A stretch of DNA of 64,000 nt from an uncultured Planctomycetaceae bacterium (GTDB taxonomy: Bacteria; Planctomycetota; Planctomycetia; Planctomycetales; Planctomycetaceae): assembly GCA_963815195.1 (NCBI GenBank), contig CAWFGE010000015.1:32001-96000 (forward strand), read 5' to 3'. Below are positions 20,999-30,960 of the stretch, in pieces. Numbering within the stretch: the stretch's first letter is position 1; each line of letters opens with the position of its first letter. Both the position numbers and the translations under genes were made by a program. Below the pieces are notes generated by a model, which did not search any database, was not told the origin of the DNA, and saw only the letters and a list, made by a program, of their open reading frames with translations.

Positions 20999-22048
20999 TT
21001 ACTGCTTGGCTCCAAGGGCGGCTTTGACTTCCCGGGCGACTTTTTGTTCTTCGGGATCCAATTGCTCGAACAGCCGTTTTTTCCGCATGTCAAAGGACCG
21101 GCGCGGCTCTTCGTCGGGACCCTGGCGCTCGGCTCCATTATGAAAACACCAACCCGCCGCCCCGCCCGCCATCGCGCCTTTGAGGTCGGTGAGAAAATCG
21201 TCCGCCGAGGGCTCCCAGGTGCCGTAACCTCGGCGAAACGGCTCCTGGTGATGGACGGGAACCGTGCGGCCCAACTCTTTCATCATTTTGAGGACCTCGC
21301 GGGTGCGGGCTTTGGTTTGAGGGGGCGATTTCGCGTTTCGCGGCCGATGCACGCTGAGGAAATCCACGCCCACCTCCGTCAGCATCCCGCGCACATCGTC
21401 TTTCGACAAGTCATGCCCGCCGAAGGAAGCCGTCACCAAAAGCGCCGGATCCAACCGGCGGGCCAGGTCCCGCAGGGCTTTTAGCTCCTGGAGGCTGACG
21501 AAGCGGGCATCCCGCACGTCGCGCTCGTTGGCCAGGTCGAGATACCAGTTGCGGTGCGGCTTCAAGGCCTTGATGATCGTCTCCACCGCGCGCTGATGGG
21601 CGGCGAAGTTGGGAATGCTTCCGCGGGCACCGTCCGGAGGTCGGTCCGGTTTGCCGCGGGTCAAAGTCACATCCACAATCAAACCCCGGCGGTCGCATTC
21701 CGCCACGAGCCACTCGAGCTTTTTCAAATACGGCTCGCGCGGTTCGCCTTTCTCATCGATGGCCGAGACATCGTGCCCAAAGGCTCCCCACGTCGCCCAG
21801 ACCCGGAGCCAATTGAAACCGTCTTGCTCCATGTCGTCCAAGTCGCGGCGGATGCTGTCTTCCGGTGCGCCGAGTGCCCCGTAATCACTGATCCCCAACA
21901 GAAACGTCGGCTTTCCGTCGATCGTGAACCGGGAATCTTCGATGCCGAGCGTCGTGGGCGCAGCCGGCTCTTTCGCCTGCAAACGAACCGCAGCCAATAC
22001 GGAAACGCCGAGGGCCATAAACCAGAATCGAATGGAAAAACGTCTCAT
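20999..22048 (-). CDS. Secreted glycoside hydrolase-like TIM barrel (clan GH-A-like)
   Basis: Signal peptide; RFTIDGKPTFLLG, GFNWLRVW, DLANE and HQEP as putative catalytic Glu motifs. Confidence 0.7.
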   Translation of the reverse strand: MRRFSIRFWFMALGVSVLAAVRLQAKEPAAPTTLGIEDSRFTIDGKPTFLLGISDYGALGAPEDSIRRDLDDMEQDGFNWLRVWATWGAFGHDVSAIDEKGEPREPYLKKLEWLVAECDRRGLIVDVTLTRGKPDRPPDGARGSIPNFAAHQRAVETIIKALKPHRNWYLDLANERDVRDARFVSLQELKALRDLARRLDPALLVTASFGGHDLSKDDVRGMLTEVGVDFLSVHRPRNAKSPPQTKARTREVLKMMKELGRTVPVHHQEPFRRGYGTWEPSADDFLTDLKGAMAGGAAGWCFHNGAERQGPDEEPRRSFDMRKKRLFEQLDPEEQKVAREVKAALGAKQ

Positions 22049-22082
22049 GGAGGACCTCACAGGGGGATCGAGTTGTCGGAAA

Positions 22083-22773
22083 TCATCGCGCTGGCAAAAA
22101 TCTTGTGAGGCCCTGGTTGAGGTGCTCCGACATCAAGTGAGCCGCCCGTTCCCCGTCGCCCGCGATAAGGGCTTCCACAATGGCCTGGTGTTCTTCATAG
22201 GTCTGGCCCACGCGTTCGGGGAACTGCTCGGCCGCGCGGAAGATCACCCGTTGCGCTTTGTCGCGAAGCTGCTGCATCACGCCGCGCGATTTCGTCATTG
22301 CGAAAGAAGCCGCACAAGAGTTGATGAAACTCAGCGTCGGCGTCCATAAAGCCTTCCGTGTTCTTCTCGTGGGCCGAGCGGCGGAGGTCGCTGATGTTCC
22401 GCCCGAGTTGTTTGATCTGCTCCGCCGTCAACTGCCCCGCCAGGCGGCGCATCACGTAAGGCTCCAAGGCCTGGCGAATCTCGTAATGGTTCACAATATC
22501 GTAAAGCGACAATTCCCTGACCACGACGCCCTGCTGCGGGGCGAGCGTCACGAGGCCCTCGGCTTCCAGGCGTTCGATCGCGGCATGCACGGGCGTTTTG
22601 CTCATTTCGAGTTGGGCCGCGAGCTGCCGCACCGACTGCACGCTCCCGCCCGCGAGTTCGCCGGCGAGGATCTGCCGCTTCAACTCCGCATAGGCGTGTT
22701 GCTTGAGTGCCGCGCGCTGCGGGGCCGTTTCGCAAATGGTTTTGGCCGGTTTCTTCGAAGTCTTGAGGGTCAT
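22083..22773 (-). CDS. GntR family regulator, FCD type (frameshift ~22283)
   Basis: wHTH LAAQLEMSKTPVHAAIERLEAEGLV; FCD motifs DAEFH and EEHQAIVEAL..GD..A..M..HL. Confidence 0.88.
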
Positions 22774-22821
22774 GCCCTGTAGCCTTTCGGATCGAGCCGA
22801 AACATCAAACACATTTGCGAG

Positions 22822-22850
22822 ATCCTACTGGCATGCCAGTAGCGTGTCAA
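22822..22850 (-). promoter_or_regulatory. sigma70-type promoter with 18-bp palindromic operator
   Basis: Minus strand TTGACA-17 nt-TAGGAT; perfect palindrome CTACTGGCATGCCAGTAG at 22825-22842 covers the spacer. Confidence 0.75.
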
Positions 22851-22936
22851 TCGAACGCCTGGTTCGCGAAATGCCGTTGGTCCCCCATTTTCACCGCCCG
22901 ATTGTTTCCCTAGAATTTCTTAAACAGGAGAGACTT

Positions 22937-23044
22937 ATGGGAAAACATCAGAAGCAAAGCCCGCGAAAACCCGCGACCAAATTGCCCCACCTGCAAAAGA
23001 AGCTGCAAAAGCAGCAAACACACAATCCCACAAAGAAGAAGTGA
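22937..23044 (+). CDS. Putative 35-aa Lys/Gln-rich peptide
   Basis: AGGAG RBS then ATG; MGKHQKQSPRKPATKLPHLQKKLQKQQTHNPTKKK. Confidence 0.45.
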   Translation: MGKHQKQSPRKPATKLPHLQKKLQKQQTHNPTKKK

Positions 23045-23052
23045 GGCGGGCG

Positions 23053-23274
23053 ATGCACCATCCGGGTTGGGTGTTGGTCATCATCGGCGTGCTGCTCGCC
23101 GCGGTGGGGATCGTCTGGCTGTTGTCTCCGTCGATTCCGTGGCTGGGCCGGCTACCCGGCGACATCGTCATCGAGCGGGAACATTTCCGCTTGTCTTTCC
23201 CGCTGGCCACCTGCATTTTATTGAGCCTGCTGCTTACCGGCGTGCTATGGCTGGTGCGGTTCTTTTCCCGCTGA
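23053..23274 (+). CDS. DUF2905 family small membrane protein
   Basis: WLGRLPGDIVIEREHFRLSFPLATCILLSLLLT signature. Confidence 0.85.
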   Translation: MHHPGWVLVIIGVLLAAVGIVWLLSPSIPWLGRLPGDIVIEREHFRLSFPLATCILLSLLLTGVLWLVRFFSR

Positions 23275-23383
23275 CGAACTGGGAAACACGCCGTCTTGAG
23301 GCTTTCAAATTGCGAGTGCGGGACAGGGTTTGCAAGTATCTCCAAAGGGCCCTTTGGTGGTGAGGTTTGAGGGATCGTTCGCA

Positions 23384-23505
23384 TCACGCCGCTTGCTCCA
23401 AGTTGTACTCATACTCATTCGGGCTGACGTAGCCCAAGGTCGAGTGCAAGCGAACTTGGTTATTGAACACTTCAATGTCCTCAAAAATGCTCGGCCGCGA
23501 TTCGC
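23384..23505 (-). mobile_element. IS3-family transposase C-terminal remnant
   Basis: Minus strand SIFEDIEVFNNQVRLHSTLGYVSPNEYE..stop matches the IS3 OrfB end motif IxxYIexFYNxxRxHSxLGYxSP. Confidence 0.8.
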
Positions 23506-23609
23506 GCGGACAAGAAATTCTTTAGCACCGTCGTCGTTCCCCCCTGATTAGCCGGAAGAACCCGAAACGTGACACGGCGGCTGGAAGCCGCCGGAACGGA
23601 TTAAACATC

Positions 23610-23873
23610 TCATCCGCCGCCGACGATGGGCAGGAAGTGGACTTCTTGATCTTCACCAACCGGGGCCAGCAGACCCAAGGGATTGATTGCGGAACCCACC
23701 GCGACGCAGATTTCGGGTTTCAGTTCCCCTTCGTCGCAGAGGCGGTCTCTGAGGCCGGGAAACTGCTCGTCGAGATTCTTAATCACCTCGCGGACCGTCC
23801 GCCCCGAGGCTTCCACGGTTTCTTTTCCATGGGTCAGGCTGCGGAGCGGCGGCGGAATAAAGACGCGAGGCAT
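23610..23873 (-). CDS. MoaD/ThiS family sulfur carrier
   Basis: 87 aa, GRTVREVI..L...FPGL, C-terminal GG(G). Confidence 0.85.
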   Translation of the reverse strand: MPRVFIPPPLRSLTHGKETVEASGRTVREVIKNLDEQFPGLRDRLCDEGELKPEICVAVGSAINPLGLLAPVGEDQEVHFLPIVGGG

Positions 23874-23876
23874 GGA

Positions 23877-26154
23877 TTAGCCTTGGGATTGTTCGAGGAT
23901 GGCCTCCAGCACATGGGGCGGGGACATCGGCAGATGGCGGAGGCGGACACCCACGGCTTGGGCGATGGCATTGGCGATGGCGGCGGGCGGCGGGACGATG
24001 GGCACTTCGCCGACGCCCCGCACTCCGTAGGGATGATTGGGGTCCGGCACTTCCACGAGGATCGTGTCGATCATGGGCACGTCATAGCAGGTGGGCATGC
24101 GGTAATCGAGATACGTCGCGTTCCGCATCGCCCCGCGGTCGTCGTACCAGTATTCTTCGTTCAAAGCCCAGCCGATGCCCTGCACCACGCCGCCTTGCAT
24201 TTGACCTTCGACGTAGCTCGGATGAATCGCGGTCCCCACATCCTGGGCGATGGTGTAACGGAGGATTTGCACCTTGCCCGTGTCGGGATCGACTTCCAGA
24301 TCGACGCAATGCGTGCCGAAGGCTCCGCTTTGGGTCGCGGCACTCGAGGTTCCCCGGCCGATAATCCCCCCACCCGTCGTGTGGATCTTGGCCGCGAGTT
24401 CTTTGAACGTGAATGATTTTCCATTGGGGCCTTTGATCGAGCCGTCTTCGTAGCGGACCTTCGCGGGATCGACGTCCCAGAGCAAAGCGGCCCGTTCGAC
24501 CATCTGCCGCTGAATGTCCTTGGCGGCTTCGACGGCGGCGATGCCGGTGGAAAACGTCACGCGGCTGCCGCCGGTCACATCGGTGTAGCCGGCGGTGTCG
24601 GTGTCGGCCACGCTGGGATTGACATCTTCCGCGCGGATCCCCAACGTCTCGGCGAGCTGCATGGCGATGCTCGTCCGCGTGCCGCCGATGTCCGGCGAGC
24701 CTTCCACGAGCGACACCGTGCCGTTGAGATTCACCGTCGCGGACACCGTAGACTTCAGTCCCGCGTTAAACCAAAAGCCCGACGCCATCCCCCGCCCGCG
24801 AAACTTTCCTTCCAAAGGCGTTCGATAGTGCGCGCTGTCCCGGATGGCTTCCACGGTCTCGGTCATGCCGACGCGGGAAAACACCGGACCGTCCACGCGG
24901 CGGGTGCCTTCCTTTGCGGCGTTCTTCAAACGAAATTCCGCGGGATCGATGTCGAGCTTGGCGGGCGAGTTCGTCGATGAGAGATTCCGCCGCAAAGGCC
25001 ACCTGCGTGGAACCCGGCGCGCGGTAGGCGTTGGTGCGGGGCTTGTTGACACAGACATCAAAGCCTTCCACGCGGGCGTGCGGAATGTCGTAGCAGGCAA
25101 ACACGCACATGCAGCCGGGACCGATAGGCGAACCTGGATAGGCCCCCGCTTCAAACGCGAGCCAGGCATCGCCCGCGACGAGTTTTCCATCCTTCGTCGC
25201 GCCGAGTTTGACCCGCATGAATGAGCCCGGCGTGGGGCCGGTCGCTTCAAACACGTTGGCCCGGCTCATCACGACCTTGACCGGCCGGCCGGCTTTGTGG
25301 GACAGGGCCGCGGCCACCGGCGGGAGATAGACCGAAATCTTCCCGCCGAACCCGCCGCCGATTTCCATGGGCACGACTTTCACATCCGAGACGGGAATCC
25401 GCAAAAGTTCCGCCGTCTGCTGTCGGGCCGTGAACGAGCCTTGCGTGCTCATCCACACGGTGACTTTGCCGTCGGCGTTCCAATGGGCGGTGGCGTTGTG
25501 CGGTTCGATGTAGCCCTGGTGCACCGTCGCGGTGTCGAACTCATGCTCGACAATCACGTCGGCTTTCTGAAAACCTTCTTCCACTTCGCCTTTTTGAAAC
25601 AGAAAATGTTTGGCGATGTTCGTGGGCTTTGAGGTCTCGGCCGGGGGATGGGAACCCAGCGACTCCGTACGGACATCGTCGTTCAAGATCGGAGCCGAGT
25701 CCTGCATCGCGTCGCGGACATCGAGAACCGCGGGCAGCGGTTCGTATTCGACTTCGATCAGATCCAGGGCTTCCTCGGCGATGTGCGGCGAATCCGCGGC
25801 GACGGCGGCGACAGCATGGCCTTTGTACAAGACTTTGTCATGGGCCAAGACGTTACTGGAAAGATGCCGCATGTTGACGGCCCCTTCGCCGAGTTCCACC
25901 ACACGGTCGCCCTGTTCGGGGAGGTCGGCCCCGGTGATCACCGCCCGCACGCCGGGCAGCGCTTCCGCCTTGGAGGTGTCGATGCGGACGATCCGGGCGT
26001 GGGCATGCGGGCTGCGGAGGATGCTGCCGTAGATCATTCCCGAAAGTTTGATGTCCGCGCCGTACTTGGCGCGGCCGGTGACTTTATCCACGCCATCGTG
26101 GCGAATGGGACGGGTGCCGATGACTTTGTATTTGCGTTCTTCAGCCGTGGCCAT
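23877..26154 (-). CDS. Xanthine dehydrogenase family molybdopterin-binding subunit (frameshift ~24963)
   Basis: KVTGRAKY, LRSPHAHARI, IGGGFGGK, AYRAPG, VEGQMQGG..QGIG, GVRGVGE. Removing one C gives DELAAKLDIDP. Confidence 0.9.
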
Positions 26155-26298
26155 GCGGGATGCTCTCCGTGGTGGGATGAAATCAAACGCCGAAGCGGGT
26201 TCGGTGAGTCTTCAAGTAGCTTACTGCAAACCGGTCGCGCGACCAAGCGAGCCGCGATGCCGACGGATCCCGGAAACGCCGGTTCGTTCGAACCAAGA

Positions 26299-26359
26299 CT
26301 GAACGGCACGGCGCTAGCCGCCGGCTGGCGGAACCGGCGGCTAGCGCCGTGCCGCTCAG
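26299..26359. repeat. REP-like palindrome family A, copy 2
   Basis: CTGAACGGCACGGCGCTAGCCGCCGG...CCGGCGGCTAGCGCCGTGCCGCTCAG. Confidence 0.8.
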
Positions 26360-26370
26360 GTGTGCGGTCC

Positions 26371-27342
26371 TTATTTGCCTTGGGCGCTTGCAGATTTCTC
26401 GCCCGTTCGCTTGGGGGCTTCGAGGTAGCGGTAGCCGGTGTTGGGGTTGTCCTTGTCGAAGGCGAACGCGTCGCGGTTGTCGAGGAAGTGTTTCAGATAG
26501 ACGACCGGAATCGCAAAGCCCAGGCCCTCGCCGAAGGTGAGCTTCATGTTGGTCACGCCGATGACTTCACCCCGCGAATTGAACAAGGGACCGCCGCTGT
26601 TGCCCGGGTTGATCTGGGCCGTGGTCTGGATGTAAACCACGCCCTCGAAGTTGCGGTTTCGCGTGCTGACGATGCCCTTGGAGACGGATCGCTCGAGCCC
26701 CAGCGGGTTCCCGATGGCGAAGACCTCGTCGCCTTCCTTGTAGTCGCTTTCCCGGCTGAGATAGACGGGCTGAAAGCCGAAGTCCTCCTGCTTGGGAATC
26801 TGCAGGAGGGCCAAATCGAAAAACGGATTGAGGGCCAGGATTTTCACATCGTCGATCCGCCGGCGGGTGAACTCGCCTTGATCGGCCCGGTGGTAAATGG
26901 TGACGGCGATGCGGGTTTCCTGCTCCACGACGTGATAGTTCGTCACGCAAAACCCGCGGTCGTTGATGATGAACCCCGACCCCAAGCCGCCGGGCGTCTG
27001 CACGAGCACCACGCCTTCGCCAAACTCTTCCGCGAGTTCCTTGACGCTTTTCACCGGCAACTTGGCCGTGGAATAGATTGCGTTCTTTTTGACGTCGCCC
27101 GGCTTGTCGGCCGCGCCGCCCTTGGGACTTTCCGTGTCGCCCGGCTTGGTGCGGGAGCGGATTTTGTCGAGCGGAATCCGCAGGATGTCGAAGCCCACGT
27201 CGACGAGAATCGCATCGGCGGTTTCCTTGAGAACGTCGCCTTCAATCTTCTGGCCGGTCTTCATCTCGATCAGATCGGCCCGGCCGACCGCAAGCCCCGC
27301 AAAGACGAGAGCGGATACCATCAAACCAAATCGCAAACCCAT
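26371..27342 (-). CDS. Secreted trypsin-like serine protease (S1C/HtrA-like, no PDZ)
   Basis: [35 protein letters not shown]. Confidence 0.9.
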   Translation of the reverse strand: MGLRFGLMVSALVFAGLAVGRADLIEMKTGQKIEGDVLKETADAILVDVGFDILRIPLDKIRSRTKPGDTESPKGGAADKPGDVKKNAIYSTAKLPVKSVKELAEEFGEGVVLVQTPGGLGSGFIINDRGFCVTNYHVVEQETRIAVTIYHRADQGEFTRRRIDDVKILALNPFFDLALLQIPKQEDFGFQPVYLSRESDYKEGDEVFAIGNPLGLERSVSKGIVSTRNRNFEGVVYIQTTAQINPGNSGGPLFNSRGEVIGVTNMKLTFGEGLGFAIPVVYLKHFLDNRDAFAFDKDNPNTGYRYLEAPKRTGEKSASAQGK

Positions 27343-27357
27343 TGGCTGGTTTTCTCC

Positions 27358-27765
27358 TTAGCGGGCAAGATTGAGCTGCCAAGACACACCAAAGCGATCG
27401 TTGACCCACCCAAACCTCTTGCTGAACCCGTAGTTGTCCAAGGGCATGAGCACCTGGCCGGAAGCCGACAGGACATCAAAAAGCCGAGCGATCTCTTCTT
27501 CCGACTCGCACTGAACGAAAAGAGACATTGATGGTGTGAAATTAAATTGGTGCGGGGCCGCGCTGTCAATGGCCATGAACTGTTGCCCGTTCAGTGTGAA
27601 AGTCGCGACCTTGACCGTGCCTTCCGGCTCATTTTCCCCAGGCCCATACCGCGTGATGGTCTCGACACGCGAATTCGGAAACTGCACAACATAGAAATTG
27701 ATTGCTTCCTCAGCGTTGCCGTGCTGCTGGCCGGAAAACATCAGGAACGTGGCAATCTTTGACAT
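27358..27765 (-). CDS. VOC family PhnB-like protein
   Basis: AEEAINFY, FNFTPSMSLFV, FGWVNDRFGVSWQL. Confidence 0.9.
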   Translation of the reverse strand: MSKIATFLMFSGQQHGNAEEAINFYVVQFPNSRVETITRYGPGENEPEGTVKVATFTLNGQQFMAIDSAAPHQFNFTPSMSLFVQCESEEEIARLFDVLSASGQVLMPLDNYGFSKRFGWVNDRFGVSWQLNLAR

Positions 27766-27841
27766 CTACGCTTCCTATGGCTCCATTGAAGGTTCGGATC
27801 GATCCGAACGCCAACCGATCCCTTCATCGTATGCTGCGTCG

Positions 27842-28945
27842 TTATCCGCGGTAATCGCTGTGGCATTGCTGGCAGGCCTGGTAGATTTTGGAGACGGCGA
27901 GGTCGAACTTGTCGAACTGGTCGTTCTGCACGCTGTCCTGCACTTCCTCCGTGGCTTCCACCATCGCTTTCACGTATTTCGCGAAGCCGTCGTCGCCTTC
28001 AAATCCGTAGCCGTCGAGAAGCACCTGCGTCAAAGCGCCCATCACGGCTGCTTCCTGTTTGATCTTCTCGGCATTGGACTTCATGGCGTCGGCGCTGCCG
28101 CCGTCGACTTTGATGTTTTTGGAGCCGGTTTCCAGCCGCTTCATAATCAAGCCCATCGCGACCAGTTCCGAAATCGGCTCATTGTCGGGCGGGGCTTCGA
28201 GCGTGGCCGGCACCGAGCCGCTCAAAATCTCCACAATGCTGTCAAACTTCTCCTTGAGCGGCTTTTGAGAACTCGCGCCCTGACGCAGCTTTTCCTCGTT
28301 CATTTTTCCGGCAAGGTGCTTGATGTACTTGGCATTTTCTTTCCAGCGGATGTCGCCCGGATGTTTCCCGGCGATGTGCGCGAGCGCCGAGAGCGCCGCC
28401 GCGTGCGGAGGAATCGCCAGGTAGCTGCGGTTGTAGCTGCCCACGTTTTGCAGGTCGGCATTGAAGCGGTTGCGGATCGTCGTGACTTCCGCGTCCAGCA
28501 GCTCCGCAGGGATAATCCGCTTCCAATCCGGTCCGCCGGAACTTGCGGGCATGGGTTTGGGCATGGGCTCGGCGGGAGTTTCCATGGGGGTCGTCATCGG
28601 CGTCGTGTTCGCCACTTCGGTCGGCGGGGCGACCTGTCCGGCGGTGCTGGCGACGCCGATCGGGTCGTCATACCAGACATCCAAAGGAATCTGCCCGATC
28701 CAAGTCGTGCCCGCGCGTTTTTGAACCAGGTTTCCATCGGCGGCTGAAGCACCCGGCGCCGAATTGGTGGGGGCGGCCGCGGAAGCCGGGGCAGGATCTG
28801 TCGGCTGATCGTTCGCGTCGCTCGCCGGTTCCGCTTGCGGCTCGGCGACTTTCGCGGAGTCACCCCCGCCGCAGCCCGTCAACATCAGGAGCGCCAGCGA
28901 ACAAACCGCGAAAACAGGAACAAATCTCTGCCGCAAACGAGTCAT
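27842..28945 (-). CDS. Lipoprotein with C-terminal class II (c-prime-like) cytochrome c domain
   Basis: Lipobox LMLTGC, Pro/Ala linker, C-terminal CQQCHSDYR. Confidence 0.75.
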   Translation of the reverse strand: MTRLRQRFVPVFAVCSLALLMLTGCGGGDSAKVAEPQAEPASDANDQPTDPAPASAAAPTNSAPGASAADGNLVQKRAGTTWIGQIPLDVWYDDPIGVASTAGQVAPPTEVANTTPMTTPMETPAEPMPKPMPASSGGPDWKRIIPAELLDAEVTTIRNRFNADLQNVGSYNRSYLAIPPHAAALSALAHIAGKHPGDIRWKENAKYIKHLAGKMNEEKLRQGASSQKPLKEKFDSIVEILSGSVPATLEAPPDNEPISELVAMGLIMKRLETGSKNIKVDGGSADAMKSNAEKIKQEAAVMGALTQVLLDGYGFEGDDGFAKYVKAMVEATEEVQDSVQNDQFDKFDLAVSKIYQACQQCHSDYRG

Positions 28946-29081
28946 CAGAATGACCCTTAATGGTTAAAGTCGAAGGGGATGCGGAGAACCGCACCGGTTT
29001 CTTTAACCATTATGGCTGCGGCCGAGATGAGATGCAACACCCGCCAATTCATAGAGAAATGCGAAACACCTAAGCGTTTGC

Positions 29082-29667
29082 CTAAATCCACTTCCAATTC
29101 GTGTTCGCTTCCACGGCGGGGAACCGGAGGCGGCTTTGGGGGATGTCGCGGAGCCGGGGCGCGTGTTTGTCTTTCTCCGAGAGGAGCGGGCTCGAAATCG
29201 GCCAGTTGATGCCGATGTCTGCATCATCCCATAAAATGCTGCCCTCGCATTCCGGGGCGTAGCGGTCTGTGCACTTGTAGGCGAACAAGGCGGTTTCGCT
29301 GGTGACGCAGAACCCGTGGGCAAAGCCCGGCGGCACGTAGAACTGGCGTTTGTTCTCGGAAGACAGCGTCACGCCGACCCAGTCCCCGAAGGTTGCGGAA
29401 TCGTGGCGGATATCGACGGCGACGTCGAACACCTCGCCCTGGAGCACATACACCAGTTTTCCCTGGGGATGCGGATTCTGATAATGCAGCCCCCTGAGCG
29501 TTCCCTGGTGCGAGAACGAAAGATTGTCCTGCACAAAATCCAGATCGATCCCGGCCTCGCGGTAGCGATCCTGGTTGTAGGTTTCCAGAAAGAAGCCTCG
29601 CGAATCGCCGAACACTTTGGGTTCGATGACCAAAACACCCGGAAGGGCCGTGTCTTGAATTTCTCAT
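29082..29667 (-). CDS. rfbC: dTDP-4-dehydrorhamnose 3,5-epimerase (frameshift at codon 2-3)
   Basis: FGDSRGFFLE, FVQDNLS, LRGLHYQ, PPGFAHGF. Removing one A after ATG 29667 gives MRIQDTALPGVLVIEPK. Confidence 0.93.
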
Positions 29668-29855
29668 AGCGAAGGCTCCTGCTTCCTTGTCGAGGAGGAT
29701 GTTGAATTGAGTTTTAAGCTTGTATTTTGTTACAACGCCGTCCGGGCAATTCACGTGAGGTTGGAGGATCGAGGATCGCGAGAAGAATCGAAGCCGAGTT
29801 GGCTATCCTCCATCCTCTATCGTCACTCACAATTTGAATTTCGCATCGAATTGGC

Positions 29856-30920
29856 TTAGGCGACCCGGGTGTCCAAGCCCAGGCGTTCGCCGGAATACCG
29901 GTCGGCGACGGCTTTGTCGCACCAGGCCTGGTTGGCGAGATACCACTGGACGGTTTTTCGCAATCCGGTTTCAAAGGTTTCTTCGGGCTTCCAGCCCAGT
30001 TCGCGTTCGATTTTGCTCGCATCGATGGCGTAGCGGTGGTCGTGGCCGGGACGGTCCGTTACGAAGGTCATCAGCGATTTGTGCGGGCGGTGGTCCGAGT
30101 CCGGGACGAGTTCATCCAACAGATCGCAGAGCGTGTGCACCACGTCCAGGTTGGTTTTCTCGTTGTGCCCGCCGATGTTGTACGTCTCGCCGACTTTGCC
30201 TTGGCGCAGGACGGTCACCAGCGCTCGGGCATGGTCATCGACATACAGCCAGTCGCGCACATTATCGCCCTTCCCATAGATCGGAAGCGGCTTGCCCCCG
30301 AGACCATTCTGAATCATCAGCGGAATCAGTTTTTCCGGATATTGATAAGGACCGTAATTATTGGAACAGTTTGTCACCACCGTCGGCAGGCCGTAAGTCC
30401 GATGCCAGGCCCGCACGAGGTGATCCGAAGAGGCTTTGCTGGCGGAATAGGGGGAACTGGGGTCGTAGGGGGTTTCTTCGGTGAACAGGCCCGTCGCGCC
30501 GAGAGATCCATAGACTTCGTCTGTCGAAATATGATGGAAGCGGAACGCGGCTTTCTTGTCGGCGGCGAGTTCGTTCCAATGCTTGCGGGCCGCTTCCAGA
30601 AGGATGTAAGTGCCCACGACGTTCGTGTTGATGAACGCCGCCGGCCCGTCGATGGAGCGGTCCACGTGCGATTCCGCGGCGAGGTGCATCACGGCGTCGG
30701 GCTGATGCGTCTCGAAAATCTTGCGGACCGCCTCGGCATCGCAGATGTCGGCATGCTCAAAGCGATAGCGGGAGTCGGACGCGATGGTTTCCAATGTGGA
30801 AAGATTGCCCGCGTAGGTCAGGGCATCCACATTGACGACCGAGGCCTCGGTTTGGCCGACCAGATAGCGAATCACAGCGGAGCCGATAAATCCCGCTCCG
30901 CCGGTGACGAGGATCTTCAT
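29856..30920 (-). CDS. rfbB: dTDP-glucose 4,6-dehydratase
   Basis: [44 protein letters not shown]. Confidence 0.97.
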   Translation of the reverse strand: MKILVTGGAGFIGSAVIRYLVGQTEASVVNVDALTYAGNLSTLETIASDSRYRFEHADICDAEAVRKIFETHQPDAVMHLAAESHVDRSIDGPAAFINTNVVGTYILLEAARKHWNELAADKKAAFRFHHISTDEVYGSLGATGLFTEETPYDPSSPYSASKASSDHLVRAWHRTYGLPTVVTNCSNNYGPYQYPEKLIPLMIQNGLGGKPLPIYGKGDNVRDWLYVDDHARALVTVLRQGKVGETYNIGGHNEKTNLDVVHTLCDLLDELVPDSDHRPHKSLMTFVTDRPGHDHRYAIDASKIERELGWKPEETFETGLRKTVQWYLANQAWCDKAVADRYSGERLGLDTRVA

Positions 30921-30960
30921 GAATTGAACCTTTTGTTAGAAATCGACGAAATGAGTTCCG

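Noticed and set aside
23877..26154. Aerobic CO dehydrogenase CoxL
   Set aside because: The loop is AYRAPG, not AYxCSFR (form I) or AYxGAGR (form II); no coxMS.
25648..27531. Long unassigned ORFs (e.g. 627 aa here, 516 aa at 36235, 494 aa at 18386, 486 aa at 56291)
   Set aside because: Antisense shadows of well-supported genes, as expected in high-GC DNA.
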